Assembly (NCBI GenBank): GCA_051294375.1 | Contig: CM119265.1 | Location: 5,262,355 to 5,326,354 of the forward strand | From: Paraspadella gotoi | Lineage: Eukaryota > Animalia > Chaetognatha | Length of the DNA stretch: 64,000 bases | Reading direction: 5' to 3' | Shown here: piece by piece, positions 14,801-28,190 of the stretch | How positions within the stretch are numbered: position 1 is the first letter of the stretch | Layout: each line of letters starts with the position of its first letter | The notes under the pieces: generated by a model | Told to the model about the DNA's origin: nothing | Database searches by the model: none | Seen by the model: the letters and a program-made list of their open reading frames with translations, nothing else | Position numbers and translations under genes: made by a program

Positions 14801-16667
14801 AAGATTGCCACACCATCCGGGCGTGGGCGCAACAGGAGCAACTCATTTCGTCCCTTTAAACAACTTTTGTGCGACAAAAATCGAAATCGAGAAAAATCAC
14901 CTTCTTTTGCCCTACTCATGCCCGATACCCGGTTCAAAGCGGGCTATCAAAACCGCCCTTACCAAAACAACCGGCCAGTGCAAAGAAACAACCATGCTCA
15001 GGAGAGATCTTGTCTCGCTAAGGATCGACGACCCAACGACGCCCCCCCTGACTGTTCCGCTTGTTCCACGCGAACAAGAATTTCCAACGACGATCCGATA
15101 GTTGTCCCGAAAAAAGTAGCTTAGATTCGGTAATTTTCACGAACTTTTTGAAAATAATGGAACAGTCCCACGAGACTTTCACTTAGCAGAAGATAGTTAC
15201 ACGAATCCTGACAACCCAATACCCTCCCGGTCACCGTTTCACGATCCAACAACGGAGAGGTTGATCACGGACGCTTGCTCTTCACGAGACCGACAACGTC
15301 GGAGTTCATCCCAGCGATTCGATGAAATCCAAGTGGAAGCGGCAAAGACCGCACGGACCTAGAAGAGGTTCATTACCAGCAACTCATCTGACGGAACCTA
15401 GATTTAAAAAAGAAATGGACAACGAGAGTTAATTTATCGCCAACAAGAACTTAACGGGTGCGTCGTTACGAACCTGTTTATTGACGTGAGAGAAGCGATG
15501 GGGAAAGTGGACTTTTCTACGCGAACTTCCCAAGCCTACCCAGTGTCGACCCAGAAAACGAGAGGGTCATGTACATAAACGATTATTTTTTTTGATCCGT
15601 CTCCACCCACAAGAAGAAGAGATGTTTGACTGATGAAACCACCCCGAACTCCCACCCACCCGAACGAAAGGATGAGGAGCTCGGTCGAGGGATATTTCCG
15701 GCTCGAACCGAAGAGACAGAGAGCACGGATCATCATGCATGGAATGATACTAAACGCCCCTCTGTCGTAACGTGCCCACCAGCAACCACCCCACGCAACT
15801 AACAAACTAGAGATCAATTGAAAACGGAAGAGGAAAGAACACAGGAAAACTTGAAGAAAATAAAATTTACTCAATATCGCAAAGAACATTCGTAATTATC
15901 AGACACCCAAAGCATGTATTGCGGATCATGTAAATTTTCTTTCTAACACACAAACACATTTAATATTTGTGACTTATAAACACCGGTCAAGAGTGCACGA
16001 ACCACACTTCGACAATCAAAAAAAAACCAAGTGAAAAGAGTTAAGAAACTTCTCCGTGAAAACCGTTGAACCAAACGTGCGCCGACATTCATTATCGTTT
16101 TTTAAAAGAATCAACGAACCAGCCCCAATCAATGCCCTTCGAATCGACGTTATCGGTCTCTCCGTGTTGGCCGACTTTTGGGAAGATTTCAAACGCCCAT
16201 CGCATTTCGTGTGGATTCCATTCCTTCGCGTGCAAAGAGGAACCGGCGACTAGCGGAGAAGAAAAAGTCGGGCAGGGGGTCAACCCACCCGCGAACCCCC
16301 CTGGAGCATCCACCGAAAACTGCAGTGCCGAATCCCCGCAGGAAACGGGAGAATCCCACAGAAACCCGGATTTCCATTGATCCAGCCTCAGAACGAGGAG
16401 ATGAGCCGCATCGAAACCAGCACGGAACGCAAATGAGAAGAAGAGGCACTACTTCACAGACCGATACTTCGGTCGTTGGAGAGAGACGAAAGCAACGTTC
16501 ACAGCCACGCCACCCGAAGAGACTAGTGCAGCACACGACATCCCCGCAATAAGGAAGGATCGGAGAGAGAGGCGAGGCATCACTTTTTCCTCACTTGTAT
16601 AATAATGTATATGGTTCATGTGATGACTTTAAAAGAAACATCTTGTTTTATTTTAGACGATACAAAA

Positions 16668-17627
16668 ATGACGAGTCAAATCGCGCCGCCTTACCAACAC
16701 CCCACTCCACCGTCATCGTTCGCCTCCTTCTCTCAACCCTTCGCCAACAACGCCGTCAACGCCGCCGCCTTCGCCACGCCCACCGCCCCTTCGTCCGCCT
16801 CCGACAACGCCAACCATTTTCTGGCGGACTTGCCTCAACCCTTACGAACTAGCACTCCAAACGGACCCAACGGCGGGCCGCCTGTCGCCGCACAAACGCC
16901 GCAAACGCCGCAAACGCCGCAACGACGACGTCGCTCCCAACGACGCCGTCTGCTACGATAACGACCACCAACACGCCCCTGCCGCCGCCTCTACAGCAGC
17001 TGCAGCCGCCGCCGCCGCCCCTAGCGCCCTCAAGTCGCGAGGGTCAGCCGTCGGTGACTGTATCTCCGCTTAACGCGGTTCCATCAACCCCGGCGTCCAT
17101 CACCGACACTCAGGCGTCGGGATTCGGAACCGGCGTCGTTTTTTCCGTAAAGGAAGAGCCGTTGAAACCGACGCAGACGATCGTATCGGCGTCGTCCTCG
17201 ATCGGAGCGGCGCCGTTGCCTCAGCAGCAGATCCAACGGTCCCAATCTCTCGTCAACAAGCAGTTGTCGCACCAGCAGCCGCCCCAGCAGCCACAGCAGC
17301 ATTTCTCGCACTATCCGCCTCATAATCATCATCATCATCATCATCAGCCCAATCACCATGCGGGCGGCGAATTCGGACAGGTGTGTGATGAGTCGGATGA
17401 GTGGGATGATAAATATGGGTTCGAGGGTCACGTGACGACCGAGGTCAAGAGTGGGAATGAAAGTTTGCGACGAGAACGACTATCATGGGCCAAATTGGGC
17501 CAATTGGGCCATGGGGCATGACCGATTATTTCACGGATCTCTCTCTCTTTTTTTCATGGTCATCCAAAATTTCGCGCTGTAGGCGAAGATCAAACACACC
17601 TGTCCATCTTTTGAAAACTCTCTCGTC

Positions 17628-17658
<31 letters not shown>

Positions 17659-17675
17659 GCTGCTCGCTCGCTCGC

Positions 17676-17772
<97 letters not shown>

Positions 17773-18647
17773 CGTGTCTTTATCTATTCAGCGATTTTAA
17801 TATGCGGGTCGAATCCAAAAGATTTTAAACCGTATGTCTCTCTCTCTCCCCTTCCCTCCAGATCGGCCCCGAAGCATTCACTCCTCAGCACCGCATTTCC
17901 GCCTCCTTGGGTCCGCTCGGGCGCCTGACTCCACAGCCGGGTCCGGATTCCGCCAATCCCGTCCCTCTCCCCGGAGTCCCTCCTCCGAACGGCGCCATCA
18001 ACTGCGCGCCCTATCTCAACCCATCGCTGGCGGCGGCGTCGCCGGCGGCGGCGCCCAACTTTTGCGTCGTCGATTCGATGGGCATGATGGGCGCCGGGGG
18101 TACGGAAATCATGAGCGGATCGGCGCCGGGACAGCCCATCCACGCCCCGTTCCGGCCGACGATGAGCCCGCTGTTATCGTCGGGCAGAATAGAACAGACT
18201 CAGGCCTTCACTTGGATTCGTCGGCATTTGACGCCGAGCGAAGATTCGTCCGTCCCGAAACAGGAAGTCTACGACGCTTACAAGTGGGTGGAGATGGGTG
18301 GAGAAGGGTGGAGACGGGTAGAGACGGGTGGAGACGGGTGGGGCCGGTGGGGGTCGAGGAGGGGGTTTGTTACAATTCGTTATATTATTTAATCATTTGA
18401 TTCGTTCATTCTTTATTCATTTAATCAACATTCATTGTTTACAATTAATTTATTAATATTCAGTTTGATTTAATCAACAATTGTTTTCGTTTATTATTTT
18501 TATCTTTAGAGAATTGACAAAGTTTTTGTTTGCAACGAATTTTATTTTAATTGAACAGACATGTTTCGACTTGCTTTACAAGACTTCATCAGCTTTTTGA
18601 CAGTTTGGTTTGAAATTTGTGCATAAGAAGGGGGGGAGGAGTGAGAG

Positions 18648-18725
<78 letters not shown>

Positions 18726-19167
18726 GTGGTCAGATGAGAGGACAGGTCAAGGTGAGGACAGATTGAATAAGTTGTGAAAAAGAACTGAAACTTAGAGAGA
18801 GAGAGAGAGAGAGTGAGAGATAGGGAGAGGGAGAGAAAGAGAGAGAGACAACAGCGATAAATAAATAATAAATGATACATTGTGCAATGTACAACAAAGA
18901 TAAATGCTTTGAAAAACTAAAATTAGTGAAATTTAACAATTATCTAATGGATAAATAGTTAACTAAGGGATAGAAAGTTAAAAATGAAATGAAATTTATT
19001 AAAAATGAAATGTGAGAATTTTAAGTGTTAAGTTAGTGATTATAAAGTGAAATTTAAGGAGTAAGAAAGAGCTTCTTTTTCACAATTTATTCAATCTGTC
19101 CTCACCTTGACCTGTCCTCTCATCTGACCACTATTCTGTCTCACCACTTTGTTGGAAAACTTTTACC

Positions 19168-19218
<51 letters not shown>

Positions 19219-22200
19219 CCTTCTTATGCACAAATTTCAAACCAAACTGTGAAAACGCTGATGAAGGCTTGTAAAGCAAGTCGAAACATGTCTGTTCAAT
19301 TAAAATAAAATTCGTTGAAAACAAAAACTTTGTCAATTCTCTAATCACTACTAACAACGAAAAAAGAAAGGATTACTTCAATATTTTTATCTTTTATTTT
19401 TTCTTTACCCTTTCGGTTTTTTTTTCGAAAAAATTCACATCAAATTTAGGCAGTTAATATTACTAAAATAGAAAAAAAAATGGATTTATGAAATGAATTG
19501 ATTTAGTACGTATCTATTAAACACTTCATTCATTTACTGTTTCAGGAGCTTTTGCGACAAGAGAAAGTGCAACCCCATCAATCCTGGAGATTTTGGAAAA
19601 ATAGTCAAGTGCACTTTCCCGACGATGAAGCCGCGACGACTCGGGGCAAGGGGCCAGTCTAAATATTGCTACAGCGGAATCAAGTTGCAAGTAGAGGGCG
19701 ATACGAATGCCGCTGGGGTAAGTAATTTGTTGTCTGCTTGGGATTTGTGGTTCGTAATCAAAATTAGAAAAATAATTTAATTTAGAAAACAACTTGAATA
19801 TGAAACTTTAGTGGCAAAAATTTCAGATAACTTGATGAAAATCAGAAGCTAAACTTTTTTTTATAGAGTTATTTCAATTAAAGGTTATCACTTATACATA
19901 AATACGTTATTACATCTTCTCTTTACAATTTCTCTACAATAATATTCTCAGACGCCGTCTTCCAACGAGGACGAAGCGCTTCCGCTGGCGCCGGGCGAAT
20001 TGGAGCGCGCGGCGACCCAGGTCGTGTGCGAATGGGCGCAGAAGTTAATGAACGCCCCCTTCAACTCGCTGCTCGAACTGGCGGAATTCCTCGTCGGTCA
20101 TCTTTACGTGAACAGCAAGAGCGCCGCCGCCTTTACTATCCTCGCTCAGATGCAGACAAAAGGGCAGCGAAGAAATGGAGAAAAATCTGGTGAGTTAATA
20201 CTATTAGATAATTGAAAATCTTGCCATTTTTAATAATAATATATAATATGTATAATATATAAAATTTAGAATCTAAATGAAATCTTTTATTTTGTCTTTT
20301 GAGTTAAGTATAAAATGTTGAGAAAAGAGTTTGAATTGTATTCAACAACGATTTATTTTTTAAATAGAGGACATGTTTCAACTTTTATTTCAAGTTTTCA
20401 TCATATTTCAAGTATAACAAGTTTAGAAAGCATAAAAATAATATTGATGATATTGAAGGATATCAATCCACTATTTATAATTTAGTATAAAATAAAAATT
20501 CTAAATTTAAATGTTAAATTGGTTTTAACATGCGGACGTTAAAAAATTATTGTCAAAATTAAATATCGGTTAAAAAGTATCATTAATTATAAGTAATTAT
20601 AAATAATTAATATTTATTATCACTTCCAGAACCGACTCCCTATCGCGAAACGCCCAACTTTCTCCAAGCCGACAAGAACACCATAGCCCCACCACCGGCT
20701 TACGGGTGGGAAATGAACTACGGCAGTGCTCCCATGCTGCCCCTGCCACCGCAGCGCGCCAGCACGCCGCTTTTCTTCGAGGGAAAGTACATCGGCGATC
20801 TTCAGCAGCAGCAGCAACAACAGCAACAGCAACCGCAGCCACAACCCCATTCGATCGATGCAAAAGTCAGCGGTATCGATGCCAACCGAAACTGTTCGAT
20901 GAATAACTCGAACTACAACAACTCCACCGCCAACGAATCAAACGTCACCAGCCCTTTGAAGAGCTTCAACTCCGCCTTCGAGTCGGTCCAGAGTCCAGCC
21001 AATCCCAAGGACGCCATCGCAGACATTTCTCAAAGAAAGTTGGCGTCGCCTCGAAGGTCCAAGTACAAAGACGTCAAAAAGTCGGAGGCCAGCGGCAAGA
21101 ACGGACAACAAACGGAACAAAAGGACATAGACACTCTGCAAATGCCGCCTCCCCCGGCCAACTTCGCCCCGAGGTGCGTCTCAGCCAATATACTCCAGCA
21201 ACCCACGACTTACCGCAAGCGGCCGCAGAGCGAGCCCCGGAAGCGAACTCGATCCGACGAAACTACCAACGCCATCTACTCTGTCTCGACGAAACGCACT
21301 CAGTACAACTCGGTGCAGGATTTGACGGCCTTGAAGGCGAAAGAGGAGGTCGAGACGGCTCCGGATATTTTCAAGCTGCCGAATCCGATCGATCAGCCTC
21401 AACCTCAAAATCCTTTGGGCGAGATGAACATCATGCATTTGGAAAACGACGCTCTCTTGGATTTTCTGGGGGACGATGCAAACAGCAACGTTCAGCCGGC
21501 CAACGAAGACAACCAACTCATGCAGCAGACTTTCGATCTCACCAACCTACCTCAGAGCATCGGCCAGGCGATGACGCCGACCAGCGCGGCGTCGGTGCAG
21601 AGATGCTCGAGCATTTCGCCCAGCACAATCGGCAATCGCCCCGCGCATATGGTGCGGCCGACAGTGAGGGTGGCTCCCAGAACGGAAGGCTCCAATCAAC
21701 CCACGCAGAATTCCAACAGCCAGTATACCACTTGCTCCGCTTCGAGCAATAACGCCAATAACGTCGTTTCCTGCGCCAGTCAAAATCAAAGCAATCTCAA
21801 TTCGTCCTTGGAAGGTCATTCCTTCGACGATTCCTTCAACTACGTCACTCAGCAACAGAACCAACACAATCAAGATCTCTACGCACAATCGAATCCCAAT
21901 CAGCCGGCGAATTATAACCGACGTCCCGACGTCTACGGAAGAAATCTCACGGCGCCGAGTCCCATTCCGCCTCACGTCTTCAATGGGCATCGGAGACAAG
22001 CCTCGCCGTCTCCCTCGCCCGCCAGCTTCATCACGGGCAGCAGCTCCAGCATGAGCCTCACCTCGCCCTCACCTCTGACCGTCGGCGACAAGGGCATGAG
22101 CTACAATCCGTCGACGGGATACTACGAAGAGGAAAGCAACTGCACGGGCTACTCGGATCAGAGCAATCTCTCTCAAAATTATTCCGGTTACGGCGGCTAC

Positions 22201-22896
22201 GGAGGAAACACCGTTCTGCACAATCCAGACGGCAATCACTCTTTCACGCCCATCCAGCAGCCCGGGTCGGAGAGTAACGTCTCTATGATGAACAATCAGC
22301 TGGAGATGCTCGGCATCAAAAGCGGAGACACTTTTAACCTCAGCAATAATTATCCCACCTCGGAACCCTACCGAGAATCTCAGCCTGTCCTGTTGAAGTC
22401 CTACTTGACCGATCAGGGCGCCGGTTATAAGCCAAGCCAGCCCGTTCTCCAAAAGGCCGACTCGGAGCGCACGGTGCAGCTCGTAACGCCGCAGCATCTG
22501 CCCGCTTCCGAGTTTCTGCGGAGCCAGGCCCGGATGTCTTCCAGGTGCAAGACGGAGGAGACGCCGCAAGGAGTGGCTCGGAACGAATCCGAGATCATCT
22601 CCGCCGACTTTTTCGACTGGAATCCAAAAGGCGACGAAGCGGCGTTGGAATTGGGAAAGAAGAGTCCGTCGCAAGTGCCGACTCCGCCCTGCTCGGATCC
22701 TGGAGGCATTGACGCCGAACTGGGATGCCTCGGCTCCAATCCCGGCGCCGACTTTCACTCCAAAGAGTCACCATGCGATCATCCGGTTCTCACGCCGGAC
22801 ACGGACACTCCTTTGACGCCGCTGGGCGCCAACGACTGCCTCGGGGTGCATCAGCTGGGCGACGCGTTGCTGGAGGAGCTTCAGGGCTTCTCTTAA
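16668..22896 (+). CDS. RFX7: RFX7/RFX5-class winged-helix transcription factor, ~1270 aa, 5 coding exons
   Basis: Exons 16668-17380, 17862-18283, 19546-19717, 19952-20189 and 20630-22896, all GT-AG with consistent phase. The spliced DNA-binding domain reads QAFTWIRRHLTPSEDSSVPKQEVYDAYK/SFCDKRKCNPINPGDFGKIVKCTFPTMKPRRLGARGQSKYCYSGIK. It is followed by the RFX5/7-type block AATQVVCEWAQKLMNAPFNSLLELAEFLV and a long Q/S/P/N-rich tail. One base (G after 16921) is missing in exon 1 and present in the duplicate copy. Upstream exons may exist (acceptor at 16656). Confidence 0.9.
18506..19344. mobile_element. Foldback/MITE-like element with ~270-280 bp inverted arms in an RFX7 intron
   Basis: Left arm 18506-18784 is the reverse complement of right arm 19073-19344, including an internal (GA)n/(TC)n tract; AT-rich ~290 bp spacer; TA dinucleotides at 18507-18508 and 19342-19343 could be a TSD. 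Confidence 0.75.
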
Positions 22897-24405
22897 TTGG
22901 AAATAAAAATATTCGTTCCTTAAAGCAAACGCCGACTGCAACGAAACATATTAATTATTTTTAAACATTCATTTCATAAAAAATTGTTTTGTCTTATGTT
23001 TCAATCTTGTTTTTGTGAATATTGACTCTTATGAATGACTCTTCCGTGTGATTAAACGCGCCTCGAATAAAAAAGTTTTTTGTGTGTTATTTGTATCGCA
23101 TGCTATGACTCTAGAATCAATTGTGACGTCGTTTTTGATTGTTAATAATGTGCCATGCTAGCAAAAAATTCTTTTTCCAATCATTGCGGTTTCTATTTAT
23201 AGTATCTTTTATTTTTGAACGTATGTAAACTTGTATTTATCATCGATTATTCCTTTTGAAAATAAATCTCAATTCCTCTTTAAACTTTAGAAATATTTTA
23301 TTTGTTCAATTCTGTTTTGATTTATGTCTTTAGCTACCCATATTACACACCTTCGTACGTTTCAGATGGTTAAAAAAAAAACAATCCAAAAAACAAAAAA
23401 TAAACAGTTTTTTGAAGCTGTGTTTTACCATGTTGTATGGAAAGAGAGTGAAATAAACATCAACATCAACACCACGAAAAGGTGCCCATTCAAATGAAAA
23501 GTTATATATATAAGAAATTTAACTAAAGTAGTTTCAATAAATGATGCTATGTTTATCTAAAAAAATGAAAGAATAATGAATAATACTAGCTGAATTATAA
23601 ATGATAAATAATAAATGACAAATAATTTAATAATTTTAAAGTTAGAATAAATAAATCTTATTTTGTAATTAAATTTTAACCAATTTTTTAAGTAAGTACA
23701 AGTTTTACAAATGTAATTCTTAAAAATAGTTTCTGTAATGAAGTTACAAGCTTTTATAATTCCCAAATTTTAAGAAAGAACGAACTACTATTATATATTT
23801 TATAAAATTCCCTATCAGCCGAGATATTTTGTTCGATAAAAATACAGAAGTATATAAAAATAAGTCCATTTTTCAATAATTCGCCATAAGGAATCACAGG
23901 ACAAATAAAAAAAAAAGAAAAACAAATTTTCGCTCTCTCTCCGTCGCTCTCTCTATCCGTCTATCAATCTGTCGATCTTTCCTTGGCAAAGACTCCGCTC
24001 TCCCAACAAGCCTTCGATAATTTTCGGTTATTTGATCTTTGCCTTCGAATGTTCACATCGACAACTCCCCTACTTGGACTCGAGTTATTATCAACTTTCG
24101 TCTGGTGATCATAAACTATGCAACAATAAAATTGTTATCCAAGAAACAATAATTTCAACCATGTTTTAATGATCGAGCCTGGATTTTTATTTTTTCTAAC
24201 CAAACACCGAAGGCTCTTTTCTCTTTAATTTAATCCAATACAGCATTATGTTTGTTTTCCGTTCAAGAGAGAAGCTAAGATAAGTGCTCGTATGTTTTTA
24301 TAAATTTTAAGTTTAGAGAATCTAAACTGCTTTTTCACCGAATTCAAAAAAGGTTTGGATCGTAAAGGCTAAAGCGTTAATTTAATGAGCGTATAACAGT
24401 ACGCA

Positions 24406-24436
<31 letters not shown>

Positions 24437-24951
24437 TTCTTTCTCTATATTTTTCTTTTTTTCCTCGCGAAACCGAAAAGCAAGTTACGAGGAATCGAGA
24501 TCCAGTTTTTTCGTCCTCTGTTCCGATTGGTCCACCAATTTTGAGTCCTCCACTCCACATTCCCCATTTTCCAACTGCATTAATAACAAACTTTTCGTTT
24601 TATAACTAAAACTTGCGTGACCTATATTTTGTTTTGTACTGCTTAAGTTTAGTCATAAGCGATTTTGCTCTTCTACCAATATTCGATAATTCGATTTTTC
24701 GAATCTCGCGTGTCGTCAACAGGACTTTTTTGAAGAAAAAAAAAAAAAAAAGCAGCTGGCCTTCTGGCGTGGGTTATAAAATTTTTTAATTGCAAACCGC
24801 CTAACTCCATTTGCCCCTATATCAACCTTTATTTTTCAGATTCGGAGCCAGTCGAAACGAACCGAAATCCAACTACTCGACGTAAACAAACTTTTGGCTA
24901 CGTTCGGCTAGGAACGGTTTCATCTACTTTAAATAATCTTAAACCGCTACC

Positions 24952-26223
24952 ATGGCGGGATTTTACACCTGCGGCCCCAACGAAGCTTTGGTCATCTCGG
25001 GATGTTGCTACGGAGCTCCAGAGACGGTCGTCGGCGGTCGCGTCTTCAAGTTTCCCTTCGTTCAAAAAATCCAACGTTTATCGCTAAATACGATGACGTT
25101 GAACATCGTCTCGCCGAATGTGTTCACCGTGAGGGGCGTCGCTGTCTCCGTGGAAGGCGTGGCTCAAGTGAAGATCTCCGGGAACAACAAGGATATGCTC
25201 GAAACGGCCTGCGAGATCTTCCTCAACAAGTCCGAGACGCAGATTGCGGAAATTTGCAAGGAGACGCTCGAAGGTCATCAGCGCGAGATCATGGGAAACA
25301 TGAGCGTGGAAGACATTTACAAGGATCGACAAAAGTTCGCCAACGCGGTATTCGAGGTGGCTTCGTCAAATCTCGTGCATATGGGCATCACTGTTATCTC
25401 TTATACGATAAAGTCCCTGTCGGACGATAAGGGATACCTTGAAGCGCTAGGAATGTCGCGGACGGCTCAAGTCAAGCGCGATGCCCGAATGGGCGAGGCA
25501 GAGGCCAAGCGCGATTCTGGCATCAAGGAGGCCATGGCCATCGAACGACAGATGGAATCAAAATTTTACAACGACACCCAGATCGCTTTGGCGAAGCGGG
25601 ATTTCGAGCTAAAAAAAGCGGCGTTCGACAAGGAGGTCGAGACCAAAAAGGCCTCGTCGGCCCTGGCCTACGATCTCCAACGGGCCAAGACAAAGCAGCT
25701 CATCCAAGAGGAGAATATGCAAATCAAGGTCGTTGAGAGAATGCAGGCCATCAAGATTCAAGAGGAAGAGATGGTCCGAAAGGAAAAGGAGTTGTCGGCG
25801 ACGATCAAGCAACCGGCGGAGGCAGAAAAGTTTCGGCTGGAGAAACTGGCCGAGGCCAACAAGAACCGCGTTATTCTAGAGGGTGAGGCCGAGGCGGAAA
25901 CCGTTAGGCTGAGGGGAGAGGCAGAGGCCTTTGCTATCGAAGCCAAGGCCAAAGCCGAAGCCGAGCAGATGGCCAAAAAGGCCGACGCCTTTAAGGAATA
26001 CGATCAGGCCGCAAAGGTGTCTATGGTGCTGGACATGCTGCCAAAGCTGGCCGCCGAGTGCTCGGCGCCGATCATGAACTGTAAACAGATCAAAGTGGTG
26101 GCCTCTGGCGGCGGGGACATCGGCGCCGCCAAACTCACTTCCGAAATCATTGACATCATGGACAAGCTGCCGCTAATTATGGAGAAAAATACGGGCGTCA
26201 ATTTGGTCGAATGTTTGAAATAA
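24952..26223 (+). CDS. FLOT1: Flotillin-1 (SPFH domain + flotillin coiled coil), 423 aa, single coding exon
   Basis: N-terminus [14 protein letters not shown]...GGRVF...[13 protein letters not shown], then [35 protein letters not shown] and EA-rich repeats match flotillin-1; good start context (accATGG). Confidence 0.96.
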   Translation: MAGFYTCGPNEALVISGCCYGAPETVVGGRVFKFPFVQKIQRLSLNTMTLNIVSPNVFTVRGVAVSVEGVAQVKISGNNKDMLETACEIFLNKSETQIAEICKETLEGHQREIMGNMSVEDIYKDRQKFANAVFEVASSNLVHMGITVISYTIKSLSDDKGYLEALGMSRTAQVKRDARMGEAEAKRDSGIKEAMAIERQMESKFYNDTQIALAKRDFELKKAAFDKEVETKKASSALAYDLQRAKTKQLIQEENMQIKVVERMQAIKIQEEEMVRKEKELSATIKQPAEAEKFRLEKLAEANKNRVILEGEAEAETVRLRGEAEAFAIEAKAKAEAEQMAKKADAFKEYDQAAKVSMVLDMLPKLAAECSAPIMNCKQIKVVASGGGDIGAAKLTSEIIDIMDKLPLIMEKNTGVNLVECLK

Positions 26224-26891
26224 TTCGGTGAGAGGGGGAAGTTGTTTCATTTCATCGTTTTGGTACATTTTTCTGCTGAGAATACTGTACATTTTATTTT
26301 TAGTACGGAACAAATATTTTTCTTCCGAACCAAAGTGCCTCTTTTGAAAGAAAATTAAGTCTTAGTAATTAAATTAAATGTTATTTACTCTTTTATTTTT
26401 ATATTTTGTTAAAATGTTCGTTATCAAATATTCCATATCGAATAAACATTGATTTGTTTAAAACAATCAATCACATGGTTTTTAAAGTTTTTATTGTTAC
26501 TGAATTATAATAATATATTAATCTAGGATTTTGGATTTAATTTTGGTATCATTGCTATCATCTCAGGAAACCGATTGACCGTGTAGCTTGTTTCGCTTGC
26601 CTCGTTTGGCTTTTCTGCCTTTTTTCTCTCTCGACCAATCATAGATTTTATCTAATTTTATTATTCAATTCTCTAATCTAATTTTATCTAATTTTTATAA
26701 GTATAAATTTAATGTAGCTAGCCTCTGGCCCTCAATATCTAGTTACTATTAACGTAGTGGTAACGTAAAAATTAAACTTACGAGGGTTATTATCCCTTGA
26801 TCCTAAAATTTCATTACAAAAAATAATTAAAACTTGATATTTTAAGAACCGATGTTAACTTCACAGATATAGGCACAATTTACTTAAAATC

Positions 26892-27738
26892 ATGAATCCT
26901 TCTTCGGTTTTGGTGACGGGAGCCAATCGCGGCATTGGACTGGCTTTGGTCCGCCGCTTGGTGGCAAACGATCCGCCGCCTCGCGTCATCATTGCCTCCT
27001 GTCGCCGCCCAGAGGCCGCGGATGAGCTCAACCAGTTGGCGTCAAAGAACGAAGGCGTCAAAGTTGTCGTTGTCAAGATGGACGTCAGCGACGAGGCATC
27101 TATTGTCGCCGCTTTTGAAGAGACGAAGCGCCTTTGTCCTGAAGGACTCAATCTTCTCGTCAACAACGCTGGCGGCGTTCCGGCCAAGGACAATCCTGAA
27201 CAATTCTCTTTCGACACGATGACCGAATGCTTTAAGGTATTTGCGCCGTCTTGACCAGGTTGATCGTTGAAAATTTTTTTAAATTAAAATCATAATATGA
27301 AGAATCGCCTCTTCAATATGCCAGGTCAACTCTGTTGGGCCGATGATCGTGAGCCGCACCTTCCACCCTCTGCTTGCAAAAGCCGCGGCTGCCGACGGCC
27401 CTATGTCCGCTTCCAAGTCGGCCATTATTATGATTAGCTCCGTGTTCGGTTCTTTGGAGCTCTTGTCCGGCCGATGGCCCTTTCCGATCTACGCTTACAA
27501 CGCGTCCAAGGCAGCCTTGAACATGATCGCGAAAAGTCTTGCGTTCGAGTTCGAGCCTGATGGAATCTTGGTGACTTCCGTACATCCCGGCTGGGTGAGG
27601 ACCGAAACTGGAGGCGAGAACGGAGAGTTATCGCCTGAAGAGTCCGCGGACAACCTGGTGGCGCTGATGGCTGTGGTGGAGAGCGGCAAGTTTTACGGGC
27701 ACGATTTTCTTAAGACCGGGAAATATTTGCCCTGGTGA
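26892..27738 (+). CDS. Short-chain dehydrogenase/reductase, C-factor/sniffer-like, 252 aa, 2 exons
   Basis: Exons 26892-27236 and 27325-27738 (AAG/gtattt...ccag/GTC, phase 0). Motifs TGANRGIG, LVNNAG, catalytic YNASK and HPGWVRTE. Confidence 0.92.
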
Positions 27739-28190
27739 AACCCTGTTTAGTCAACCACTCGCCAATGTAATAAAGGATGCCAAAGATTGCCGAAGAAGTT
27801 ATTCTCTAGTCTTTCGTGTCTCTTTTTCGTCCGTACGAAAAAAGGCAATGAACTGGTTTTATTTTAAATTGGGACAATTAAACTTTTGTTTGTAAAAAAA
27901 TTTAATTCTGAAAGTTTTACATGATCAAATTTTATTTTGCTTTTATTTGCAAACACGGGCATAAAGGTTGAACAAAAGGGGAAACTCCTGAGTAATAAAA
28001 TGTAACTTTGTAATTATCGAATTGGTTGAAGTCATTTGTGCTGCTGCTGGTGATGATGATCGTAGTAATTTCGTATCTCTTTAAGCTGGCCAGCTTCGGC
28101 TATTGTTTCTTTTTTGTTGCTAAATTACTTTAACCCGTTTACCAATAACGAAAATGAAATTAATGAAAACAAAAATGAAGTAAAATCGAA

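Noticed and set aside
20938-27689. Antisense and alternate-frame ORFs over RFX7, FLOT1 and the SDR (e.g. 22069-22758, 25002-25430)
   Set aside because: Shadow ORFs of GC-rich coding exons with no recognisable motifs.
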